From Candidatus Heimdallarchaeota archaeon (GTDB taxonomy: Archaea; Asgardarchaeota; Heimdallarchaeia; Heimdallarchaeales; Heimdallarchaeaceae), in the NCBI GenBank assembly GCA_030668825.1, contig DAOVET010000061.1:1-14843 (forward strand): DNA of 14,843 bases. The letters are read 5' to 3'. The translations under genes and the position numbers were made by a program. Positions 1 to 8,500 of this stretch are shown here, one piece after another (the first letter of the stretch is position 1; each line of letters starts with the position of its first letter). The notes beneath the pieces are model-generated. The model was not told where the DNA came from, did not search any database, and saw only the letters and a program-made list of their open reading frames with translations.

Positions 1-75
1 ATAACTATCTATCCAGAATCAGATTCTTCTATAATAGCAAACTTAGTTAATTTCATTTTGGAAAATGGAAAATAG
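1..75 (+). CDS. Possible 3' end of a convergent + strand gene entering from the left (..ITIYPESDSSIIANLVNFILENGK*)
   Basis: Frame 1 is open from base 1 to TAG at 73-75, ending 11 nt before the stop codon of the minus-strand gene at 87. It is too short to identify. Confidence 0.35.
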   Translation: MTIYPESDSSIIANLVNFILENGK

Positions 76-86
76 AAGCATAATTA

Positions 87-659
87 TTATGTTCTAATTT
101 GAAGTTTTTTAGTTAGAATATACCATCCACTTCCTAAAGAAACAACAGCAATAATTAGTGATAATGATGACCAGCTAGCTCCAGCTACTGATTTAAGAGT
201 GAATATATAGATCCAATTTGTTTCATAGTAATGAGTTATCAAATCTTCCCCATGATAGACTTCTTCTTGGAATTTAATCAGAATGTCTAAGTCAACATTT
301 CCCCAACTGGAGTTATATTCAAATGTCAAAGTTGCAATGCTGGACATACCATTTGCTGTAAGATTATCAGTTGTTGAACCATAATCCGCAATGTAGGGTT
401 CTATTCTGAAGAAAACTTGTATTTCATGAATAAATTGAGAGTCTGTACCCAAGTCTTTTATCTTTATTTCAATTTGAAAAGTATTATTTCCATCTGCTAG
501 TTTTACTGAATCAATGGTAGCAATGATATCATAGATAGTTCCAGATGCAGTATCATATTCAAATGTCTGTGAAGCAGCGTTGACCATTGTCAAGCTTAAA
601 GAGAATAAACAGAGAGATAACAATGTAATAGCTAAAAAGTGTTTTACTGAAGACCTCAT
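87..659 (-). CDS. Hypothetical secreted, C-terminally membrane-anchored (glyco)protein, ~190 aa
   Basis: Signal-peptide-like N-terminus (MRSSVKHFLAITLLSLCLFSLSLTMVNA-AS), acidic Thr/Ser-rich ectodomain with sequons NNT, NLT and NSS, and a C-terminal hydrophobic helix followed by a basic tail (LSLIIAVVSLGSGWYILTKKLQIRT). The start is moved from 686 to the in-frame ATG at 659 because the 686 ATG overlaps a TATA box. Confidence 0.75.
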   Translation of the reverse strand: MRSSVKHFLAITLLSLCLFSLSLTMVNAASQTFEYDTASGTIYDIIATIDSVKLADGNNTFQIEIKIKDLGTDSQFIHEIQVFFRIEPYIADYGSTTDNLTANGMSSIATLTFEYNSSWGNVDLDILIKFQEEVYHGEDLITHYYETNWIYIFTLKSVAGASWSSLSLIIAVVSLGSGWYILTKKLQIRT

Positions 660-684
660 GACTAGTACTTTAGAGTGATTCAGC

Positions 685-698
685 ATATATAATTTGTT
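685..698 (-). promoter_or_regulatory. Archaeal promoter (BRE-like AACAAA + TATA box TTATATAT) for a leaderless transcript starting near ATG 659
   Basis: The minus strand reads AACAAA-TTATATAT, then 25 nt, then ATG. There is no SD motif before the ATG. Confidence 0.6.
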
Positions 699-710
699 AA
701 TAAGGAAAGA

Positions 711-1595
711 CTATATCTTGTATACAACCTGTGGTTCTGGTCTTGGAACCAATCTTCTGTATGTGCTTTTTGGGTAACCAACAGCTAAACAAGCATAGAG
801 TGTATGATTCTCTGGAAGATTGATTATCTCTCTAATTCTCTTAGAGTTCTCCCAACTCTTCTGGACATAACCGATGAATGTAGCCCCCAAACCCAGAGTT
901 GGAGCACCTAATGCTATATTCTGAGCTGCTATGTTACAATCTTCTATTGGTGATGATGTCTCAATATCAGTATGAATCAAAATAAGTGTTGATGAGTAAT
1001 GTAGAACTTTATCTATTCCTTTCTCCCAATGTTCAATGTGACTCTCTAACCGATATAGGCTTTTCTTAGCTTTATCAAAGAACTTCTTTTTACCACTTAA
1101 CAAAGCAAGAACATTCCAGAGAGTACTATTCAGCTGTTTCTTGAGTTTCTTGAAAAGCTCAATCATATTATCGAGGAGAAATTCAAGTTCTTTTCTATTA
1201 TTGATTATTGTATAACAGACTTTCCTATCATTATGTCCTGTGGGAGCATATCTTCCTAAATCTATCAGCTGTTCCATTTGTTCTTTGGTCACTTTTTTAC
1301 TTGAGAAATATCTTATAGATCTTCTCTGACGAATTGTTTCCAGAACTTGGTCGTAAGATAAAGTTTTTCCTTTCTTAGGGAAATTTTCATCAAGAGAATT
1401 TTCTATCATTCTATGTTGAACTATAGCATTTTCTGGACATACTGCAACACAATGACCACAATCATGACATCGGAATAAATTTTGATTAGTTACAGCTTTC
1501 TTATCAACTATATCAAAAATATATCGAGGACAAACATTGGAACAGCTTCCACATCCTATACAATCTTCTGTAATAGAAATTATTTCAGTACTCAT
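711..1595 (-). CDS. Nitroreductase-family flavoprotein with N-terminal 2x[4Fe-4S] ferredoxin domain
   Basis: Ferredoxin motifs CIGCGSCSNVCP and CHDCGHCVAVCP. Nitroreductase FMN-binding motifs RRSIRYF and APTGHN, plus LGLGATFIG and LAVGYP. Confidence 0.92.
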   Translation of the reverse strand: MSTEIISITEDCIGCGSCSNVCPRYIFDIVDKKAVTNQNLFRCHDCGHCVAVCPENAIVQHRMIENSLDENFPKKGKTLSYDQVLETIRQRRSIRYFSSKKVTKEQMEQLIDLGRYAPTGHNDRKVCYTIINNRKELEFLLDNMIELFKKLKKQLNSTLWNVLALLSGKKKFFDKAKKSLYRLESHIEHWEKGIDKVLHYSSTLILIHTDIETSSPIEDCNIAAQNIALGAPTLGLGATFIGYVQKSWENSKRIREIINLPENHTLYACLAVGYPKSTYRRLVPRPEPQVVYKI

Positions 1596-1617
1596 TAAAA
1601 TGGAATCTATTTGACTT

Positions 1618-1631
1618 CTTCAAAAGTTTTG
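1618..1631 (-). promoter_or_regulatory. Weak candidate BRE/TATA-like element (CAAAAC-TTTTGAAG) for the nitroreductase gene
   Basis: Lies 22 nt upstream of ATG 1595 with no SD motif. The match to the TATA consensus is imperfect. Confidence 0.3.
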
Positions 1632-1653
1632 TGAGTAAAAATTAAAATGTAAT

Positions 1654-2637
1654 CTATGGTACAGGATATAATTCATCAAAAACAGTATCTTTTACAATTT
1701 CTTCAAGATTCATCATAGGGGTATACCCTAACCGCTCAAGTTTATCAGTAGCGAAAATCCATTCCTTCCCCACCATTCTTGCATACTCACGATTGATTAA
1801 TGGTTGCTTCCTTGGTGAGACGAACCAGTGAATCCTTTCAAACATCCAAACCGCTACATAGACTATTGGGAAAGGAAGAGAATATTTGAATCTCTTTTTC
1901 CCAACAAGATGTTCCTCCATAACTAGTATCAAATCTTTGAATGATCTATTACATGAAACAATATTATAACATTCAATTTCATCTGAACCATTTTTAGTTA
2001 ATATCTCAAAAGCTTGACCTATATCATATGGATGAACTATTGAAACTTCATGTTTTGAATTTCCTAAAATTGGCATTATGTTAACTTTTACTAGCTTACT
2101 TACAACTGGATAGAAATGTCTATCATGTTTCCCCAAGATTAGTGGTATTCGTAAAATACTCCCTTTAATTCCGTTCTCTTCGCACATAATTTTTATAAGA
2201 ATCTCTGAATTTAATTTTGAATCTGCATAAAGACCTCTAGGCTTAAGTCTATGATTTTCTTTTGCAGGAGATTCAATTATTTTTCCATAAACAGCAGTAG
2301 TACTAGCAAAAATAATGTGTTTGATTTTATAATCTATTGCTGCTTGAATAACATTATTGGTTCCCTCGAAATTGACTTCATTGAAATCTTTTTTCTTAAC
2401 ATTTCTATGAACAGCTGCTGCTAGGTGCCAGATTGTGTCAATTTCATTTTCTTTTAGAATGTTTATTATTGACTGTTTATCTGTCAGGTCTCCAATTACA
2501 TACTTGACACCTTGTATTGGATTTGTGGGACTTTTTCTCACCATACCAAATATATTGGAATAGCCTTTAGCTTTAAGGTAATGCAAAACGCCCATTCCTG
2601 TACATCCAGATGCCCCTGTAACTAGTATACCTACCAT
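1654..2637 (-). CDS. NAD(P)-dependent epimerase/dehydratase (extended SDR family)
   Basis: Rossmann motif TGASGCTG, GDL, HLAA, VNFEGT, STTAVYG and catalytic YxxxK (YADSK). Confidence 0.9.
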   Translation of the reverse strand: MVGILVTGASGCTGMGVLHYLKAKGYSNIFGMVRKSPTNPIQGVKYVIGDLTDKQSIINILKENEIDTIWHLAAAVHRNVKKKDFNEVNFEGTNNVIQAAIDYKIKHIIFASTTAVYGKIIESPAKENHRLKPRGLYADSKLNSEILIKIMCEENGIKGSILRIPLILGKHDRHFYPVVSKLVKVNIMPILGNSKHEVSIVHPYDIGQAFEILTKNGSDEIECYNIVSCNRSFKDLILVMEEHLVGKKRFKYSLPFPIVYVAVWMFERIHWFVSPRKQPLINREYARMVGKEWIFATDKLERLGYTPMMNLEEIVKDTVFDELYPVP

Positions 2638-2660
2638 GACAATAGAGACAAAGCTAGCTC

Positions 2661-2676
2661 ATAAAAAAATCTTCTC
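2661..2676 (-). promoter_or_regulatory. Candidate BRE + TATA-like element (GAGAAGAT-TTTTTTAT) for a leaderless SDR transcript
   Basis: A purine-rich run followed by a T/A box, 23 nt upstream of ATG 2637. There is no SD motif at normal spacing. Confidence 0.4.
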
Positions 2677-2682
2677 CTTGTT

Positions 2683-2700
2683 GAAAGAAGAAAAAGAAAG
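2683..2700 (-). terminator. U-rich archaeal-type terminator downstream of cdr
   Basis: The minus strand reads CTTTCTTTTTCTTCTTTC, beginning 11 nt after the TAA stop. No hairpin is present. Confidence 0.5.
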
Positions 2701-2711
2701 TAGAGGTTGAA

Positions 2712-4421
2712 TTAACAACTTTGTCCTGAAAAGGGTTTGAGTTCCCCTACATGACCACCAGGTGGTAAATTGGAAATTTGATATGTATCATATCCACCAT
2801 TAAGGTTAATCACATTGAAACCATTATGTATAAGAATTCTGTAAGCAAGATAAGATGAAAATCCAACTTGACAATGCACACAAATTTGTTTATCCTTTGG
2901 AAGTTCATCAAGTCTAGATCTTAACTGTCCTAGGGGTATATTAATTGAGCCTTCAATATGTCCTTCCTCAAAGCTTTCAGGTGGTCTTACATCTACTATG
3001 ATTCCTCCATTTGATTTGAGTTTTTCAGTTTCATTCCATTGACACAACTTAACTTCACCAGAATGAACATTGGAAGCAACAAAACCAGCCATGTTAACAC
3101 AATCTCTTGCGCAACTAAATGGAGGTGCATAACACAATTCAAGATCTTGTAAATCATATACTGTTCCACCGAAATAGATAACAGTTGATAATATATCTAT
3201 CCTTTTTTCAGTTCCAGGTCCTCCTACAGCTTGAGCTCCTAAGATTTTACCATCTTTCTTATCAAAAATCAATTTCATTGCTATAGCTTGTGCTTCTGGA
3301 TAATACCCAGCATGGTTTTTGGGATGAACATAGATTTTTTCATATTCTATTTCCAAGGCATTCAGCTGTCTTTCAGTTAAACCTGTTTGTGCAGCTGTTT
3401 TACTAAATACTTGCAGTACTGCTGTACCTAATGCTCCTTTATACTTTGAATCTCTTCCAGCGATGTTATCAGCAGCAATTCTCCCCTGACGATTTGCAGG
3501 TCCAGCTAAAGGTACTGCAGTTTTTTTATGTGTTATAAGGTTGTTAATTTGAATTGCATCACCTACAGCGTATATATCAGGATCAGATGTCCTCATATTG
3601 TCATTAACAACAATATATCCTCGTTCAGTAAGTTCTAGATCACAACCTTTAGCTAATTCAGTTTGAGGTCTTACTCCAATACAGAGAACAATTAAATCTG
3701 TTTCTATTTTCTTCCCACTTTGAGTAGTCACTATGTATTTTTTACTTCCTGAATTATTATTGCTAAAGGATTTAACACCATCTCCGAGAATAAGTTGAAT
3801 ACGGTTCAATACTATTTCGTTGTTTATGAATTGAGCCATATCTTTATCCATTGTAGGCATAACTTGATCAAGAAGTTCAATTAAAGATACTCTCATTCCT
3901 CTAAAAGAAAGATTTTCTGCCATCTCTAAGCCAACATATCCTCCACCGATAACAACAGCTGTAGTTGGATTATTCTTTGTTATGAAATCCTCTATAGCCA
4001 AGGTATCTGGAATGTTTCTTAATGTAAATACAGGAACTTCGTTTATCCCTTTAAAATTAGGTCTTAAACATTCAGCTCCAGGAGATAAAACTAGATTATC
4101 ATAATCAAGAGTGTATTCTTCTTCTGTTTTTTGATTCTTAATCATAACCTGTTTTTTTTCTCTATTAATTGATAATACTTCAGAGTTAGTTCTAACATCA
4201 ATATTGAATTTAGATTTGAAATCACCAGGTTTCATTACTTCCAATGTTTCTCTTTCTTTAATCACTTTTCCCACATAATATGGTAATCCACAATTTGCGA
4301 AAGATACATATGGTCCTTTTTCTAGCATAACTATTTCTGTAGTTTCTTCTAGTCTTCTTAGTCTTGCAGCAGTTGAAGCTCCTCCAGCCACTCCTCCTAC
4401 AATCAACACTTTTTTAGTCAT
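2712..4421 (-). CDS. cdr: CoA-disulfide/persulfide reductase with C-terminal rhodanese domain (CoADR-RHD / Npsr-like)
   Basis: FAD motif GGVAGG, redox-active SFANCGLPY, NAD-binding GGGYVGLE, YAVGD, interface motif YAPPFS, and a rhodanese domain (IVDVR..F..GHIEGSINIP, HCQVG, NLNGGY). SD GGTGA at 4426-4430. Confidence 0.92.
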   Translation of the reverse strand: MTKKVLIVGGVAGGASTAARLRRLEETTEIVMLEKGPYVSFANCGLPYYVGKVIKERETLEVMKPGDFKSKFNIDVRTNSEVLSINREKKQVMIKNQKTEEEYTLDYDNLVLSPGAECLRPNFKGINEVPVFTLRNIPDTLAIEDFITKNNPTTAVVIGGGYVGLEMAENLSFRGMRVSLIELLDQVMPTMDKDMAQFINNEIVLNRIQLILGDGVKSFSNNNSGSKKYIVTTQSGKKIETDLIVLCIGVRPQTELAKGCDLELTERGYIVVNDNMRTSDPDIYAVGDAIQINNLITHKKTAVPLAGPANRQGRIAADNIAGRDSKYKGALGTAVLQVFSKTAAQTGLTERQLNALEIEYEKIYVHPKNHAGYYPEAQAIAMKLIFDKKDGKILGAQAVGGPGTEKRIDILSTVIYFGGTVYDLQDLELCYAPPFSCARDCVNMAGFVASNVHSGEVKLCQWNETEKLKSNGGIIVDVRPPESFEEGHIEGSINIPLGQLRSRLDELPKDKQICVHCQVGFSSYLAYRILIHNGFNVINLNGGYDTYQISNLPPGGHVGELKPFSGQSC

Positions 4422-4602
4422 AGGTTCACCGATTTTTTTTGCAAAATTGTATCAAACTCAAAGCCTTATGCTTTAAATGTAATTGTCTGAGCATGCCTAT
4501 ACTAATATTGATGACGCTAATTAAACAAAAGTAAGGTTATAAAAATAACAGAAATATATAGGTAAAAAACTGGTGATTTATATCTATAACAATTACCTTA
4601 AG

Positions 4603-5019
4603 TTATTGAATCAATTGTAGAGAAAGGGGCCCAAGTTTTTTCAATTCGTCCACAAACTCAGTTACAACTTCTGCGAATTTATGTCCTTCTGAAGCAGAGA
4701 CAAACTCGAATCTAACCCTATTGGGATTAATTCCCATCTCTTCCAAAAATTTCTTTGTGAGTTTTATTCGTCGACTAGCTTTATAATTTCCAGATTTATA
4801 GTGGCACTCACCAAAATGACAAGCACCGATTAATACACCATCTGCTCCTTTTCGAAATGATTCTAGAACAAATGCTGGATCAATTCTCCCTGAACACATG
4901 ACTCGGATTATTTTAATGTTAGGTGGATATTTAATTCTACTAGTTCCAGCTAAATCAGCTCCTGCATATGCGCACCAATTACATAGAAAGCCGATAATAT
5001 TGGGTTCATAATCTTCCAT
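4603..5019 (-). CDS. mvhD: MvhD-family [2Fe-2S] subunit (hydrogenase/HdrA adaptor), copy 2
   Basis: GFLCNWCAYAGADLAG, RVMCSGR, GADGVLIGACHFGECHY, VSASEG..FAE. SD AGGAG at 5027-5031. Confidence 0.95.
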   Translation of the reverse strand: MEDYEPNIIGFLCNWCAYAGADLAGTSRIKYPPNIKIIRVMCSGRIDPAFVLESFRKGADGVLIGACHFGECHYKSGNYKASRRIKLTKKFLEEMGINPNRVRFEFVSASEGHKFAEVVTEFVDELKKLGPLSLQLIQ

Positions 5020-5058
5020 TTTTTTTCTCCTTTATTATTTATACTGAATTTGTTATCT

Positions 5059-5553
5059 TCATACGATATTTGCTGTTATTTCCTCTTTTAATTCTTGAAT
5101 GATTGTTTGATAAACTTGATTAACGATTCCTTCAAACTTTTTTTGGAGTTCGAATGATAATTCATCACTAAACTCCATAGGATTCATGATTTCTATCCCG
5201 ATGATTTTTATATTCTTTGGAACATCGTCATATATTTGATTACTAAATTCCAAAGCTGTAAAGATATCTATGTTGTGATAATGCGAAGTATGTGAAGCAA
5301 GTGAAAATTCTTCAGGTTGAAGCTGTATTACTGTTCCTACTGAATTCTTTCCTGTTTGAATTGAATCTACAAGTATAGCACTGTCATATCCTCGAATCAA
5401 CTCCACTAACCCCAAACCTGCAATAGATATATCAGCCAAGATTTTAGTATTTTTTATAGGAGAAAATGTGTCCCTAATGCGCTCCATAACTTTGATGCCT
5501 ATAGCATCATCTCCTACTATAGGGTTTCCTAATCCTATTATTACTGATTTCAA
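5059..5553 (-). CDS. [NiFe]-hydrogenase maturation endopeptidase (HycI/HybD family), TTG start
   Basis: IIGLGNPIVGDDAIG, ILVDS and SHYH metal-ligand motifs. It lies in the same operon as a large subunit that carries a cleavable C-terminal extension. Confidence 0.9.
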   Translation of the reverse strand: MKSVIIGLGNPIVGDDAIGIKVMERIRDTFSPIKNTKILADISIAGLGLVELIRGYDSAILVDSIQTGKNSVGTVIQLQPEEFSLASHTSHYHNIDIFTALEFSNQIYDDVPKNIKIIGIEIMNPMEFSDELSFELQKKFEGIVNQVYQTIIQELKEEITANIV

Positions 5554-5556
5554 CCT

Positions 5557-8500
5557 TTATTTTTCTCCTAATGCTTTTATTTGTGCAAGTATTTGATGAT
5601 CAGTGTATCCAAGATGGTTAATCGCACCATTCAAACAAGCTGCTGCACAACTTCCACATCCTTTACATAAGGCTTCATTAACACTTGCCACTTCAGTTTC
5701 GTATCCGAATTGATTAATTATCTTGAGTTCTATTGCTGAATACGGACATGATTCAACGCAGAGTCCACATCCTCTACACAAACTCTCATCAACATGAGCA
5801 ATTGTTGCTTCTATTTCCAATTCTTTTTGTGAGAGTATATTACATGCTCTTGATGCAGCACTACTAGCTTGAGCTACTGTATCAGGTATATCTTTGGGAC
5901 TTTGGCAGCATCCTGCTAAAAAAACACCATCTGTAAAAGTATCTACAGGTCGGAGCTTTGGATGAGCTTCTAAGAAAAATCCATCTTCACTCATGCTAAT
6001 ATTCAATAACCTAGATAGTTCTTTGGAATCTTCTCGAGGAACTAAACCAGTTGCTAATACAACAAGATCTGCATGAATATCTGGATGTCCTTCTGCTTTG
6101 ACAATTACTCCCTTTTCATTACCGACCACTTGAATTGAATCATCTAATTCTCTTCTTCTGTAATCAACATCTTCAGCTTGTACTCTATTATAGAATTCCT
6201 CAAATCCTTTCCCGAATGCTCTAACATCTGTGTTATAAACAGTCAGTTTAGAATTTGGTAATTTATCTCTGACCATGTGTGCTTGTTTAGCAGTATACAT
6301 ACAGCAGACTCTTGAGCAGTATTTATGTCCTTCTTTATCCCTTGAACCAACGCATTGGATAAAAACTACATTCTCGGGTTCTTTTCCATTAATCTCAATA
6401 TGACCAGCTGTTGGTCCTGAAGCTGAAACTAATCTTTCAAATTCCATACCTGTAAGAACATTTGAAGTTTGACCATATCCATATTCAGGTTTGTTACTTG
6501 GGTCATAATTGTCAAATCCTGTTGCAACAACTATTGCTCCTATGTCTAGTTCAACATATTCAACTTCTTGATCATGAATTATAGCTTCTGCTTCACATGT
6601 TTCAACACATTGCATACATTCAGAACAGATCGAACAAGAGATACATCTTAGTGCCTCTTGAACAGCTTCTTCCTCAGTATATCCTAAATCAATTTCTCGG
6701 AAATCCTTTATTCTTTCCTCAACAGGAGCGCGTTTCATTTTCGCTCTAGGACGTTTCTCTTTATCAAGTCTGACAAAATCTATCTTAGTTATATCTCTAA
6801 CCCTACCTTCCTTAATGTCAACTTTTCGTAGATATCTGTCAATTGAAATTGCAGCTTCGGCACCCATTCCTATTGCATTGACTACAGATGGTACACCTGG
6901 GACAATGTCTCCCCCTGCAAATATTCCAGGAATATTTGTTTCAAAGGTTATAGGATCAATCTTTATTGTTCTACCACCAGGATTTGTCTCAATTTCCTCA
7001 AAACCTGTTAGATCAGATTTCTGTCCTATAGCAAAGATAATAGTATCACCTTCAATATCAGGAGAAGGATCATCATGAAATTCTGGTCTGAATGAACCAT
7101 CTTCTTCATAAACTGAAATACAAATTATGGTTTCTAAACCTGTAACTTTTCCTTTCTTGCTAAGTATCTTTTTGGGACCTAGTTCATTATAGAATATTAT
7201 CCCTTCCTCTTCTGATTCTTCTATTTCCCATATGTCAGCAGGCATTCTATCTTTCAATGCTAAATCTCTCGTCTCTAGACAAACAACACTGACTTCTTTT
7301 GCTCCCATTCTTAGTGCAACTTTAGCACAATCCATCGCTACGTTTCCACCACCAATAACAATAATTTTTTCTCCAAATTCTGGTGTTTTTATTCCCTTTT
7401 TCGCATCCTTTAGGAAAGTTAATCCTTCTAATATTCCTGAAACATCAGAACCTTCAACTTCTAAAACAGCTGGGAGCTGAGCTCCAATTCCTATGAAAAC
7501 AGCATCGTACTTATTCTTAATCTCTTCAAAAGAAATATCTTCTCCAACCTTAGTGTTTTTTATCAGGTTTATTCCTTGAACTAGAAGTCGATTTATATCA
7601 TATAACGCTATATCTAGAGGAAGACGATAAGAAGGAAGACAACTTGTCATAATCCCCCCAGGAATATCTGCTTCATCATAGACAGTTACAGGATATCCTT
7701 GCTCAAGCAATCTAATAGCACAAGATAGTCCTGAAGGTCCAGCTCCAATAATAGCTATTTTTTCTTTATTTGTAGGTTTTATAACCTCTGGAGAAGGCTC
7801 ATCATGTAATCTATTGTAATCTACAGCGAATCTTTTTAATTGCATTATTGACACAGGTTCATCAATCTCTGCTCTTTTACAAACCTCTTCACAAGGATGA
7901 TGACAAACTCTTCCACAAACTGAAGGAAACGGATTTTTATCTCGGATTACACCAAGAGCTTCTTTATATTTTCCCATACCTATAAGTTGAACGTATCCTT
8001 GAGCATTATTATTTGCAGGACATGCTACTTTACATGGAGAGTATTCCTCTAATTTAGCAATAACGTATTTCTTAGGAACAGCTTGAGGAAAAGGTATGTA
8101 GATTGCTTTTCTAGTCGTCATATTTTCATTATAATCATCCAGTTCTATTACAGGACAATTTTCTACACAGTCACCACACGCAGTACATTTGTTTACATCT
8201 ACAAAACGTGGCTTCTTTTTTACTGAAACTTTGAAATTACCTGCAAATCCTTCAACTTTTTCTATCTCAGAATAGGTCATAAGCTCTACATTTGGATGAC
8301 GAGCTACATCTACCATTTTTGGTGTTAAAATACATGCTGAACAATCTAAGGTTGGAAAAGTCTTATCTAATTGAGCCATTCTTCCTCCAATACTAGGTGT
8401 TTTTTCGACTAAATATGTGTGAAAACCCATATTTCCAATATCTAAAGCAGCTTGAATACCTGCTATTCCACCACCTATAACAAGAGCATTTGGAGTTACC

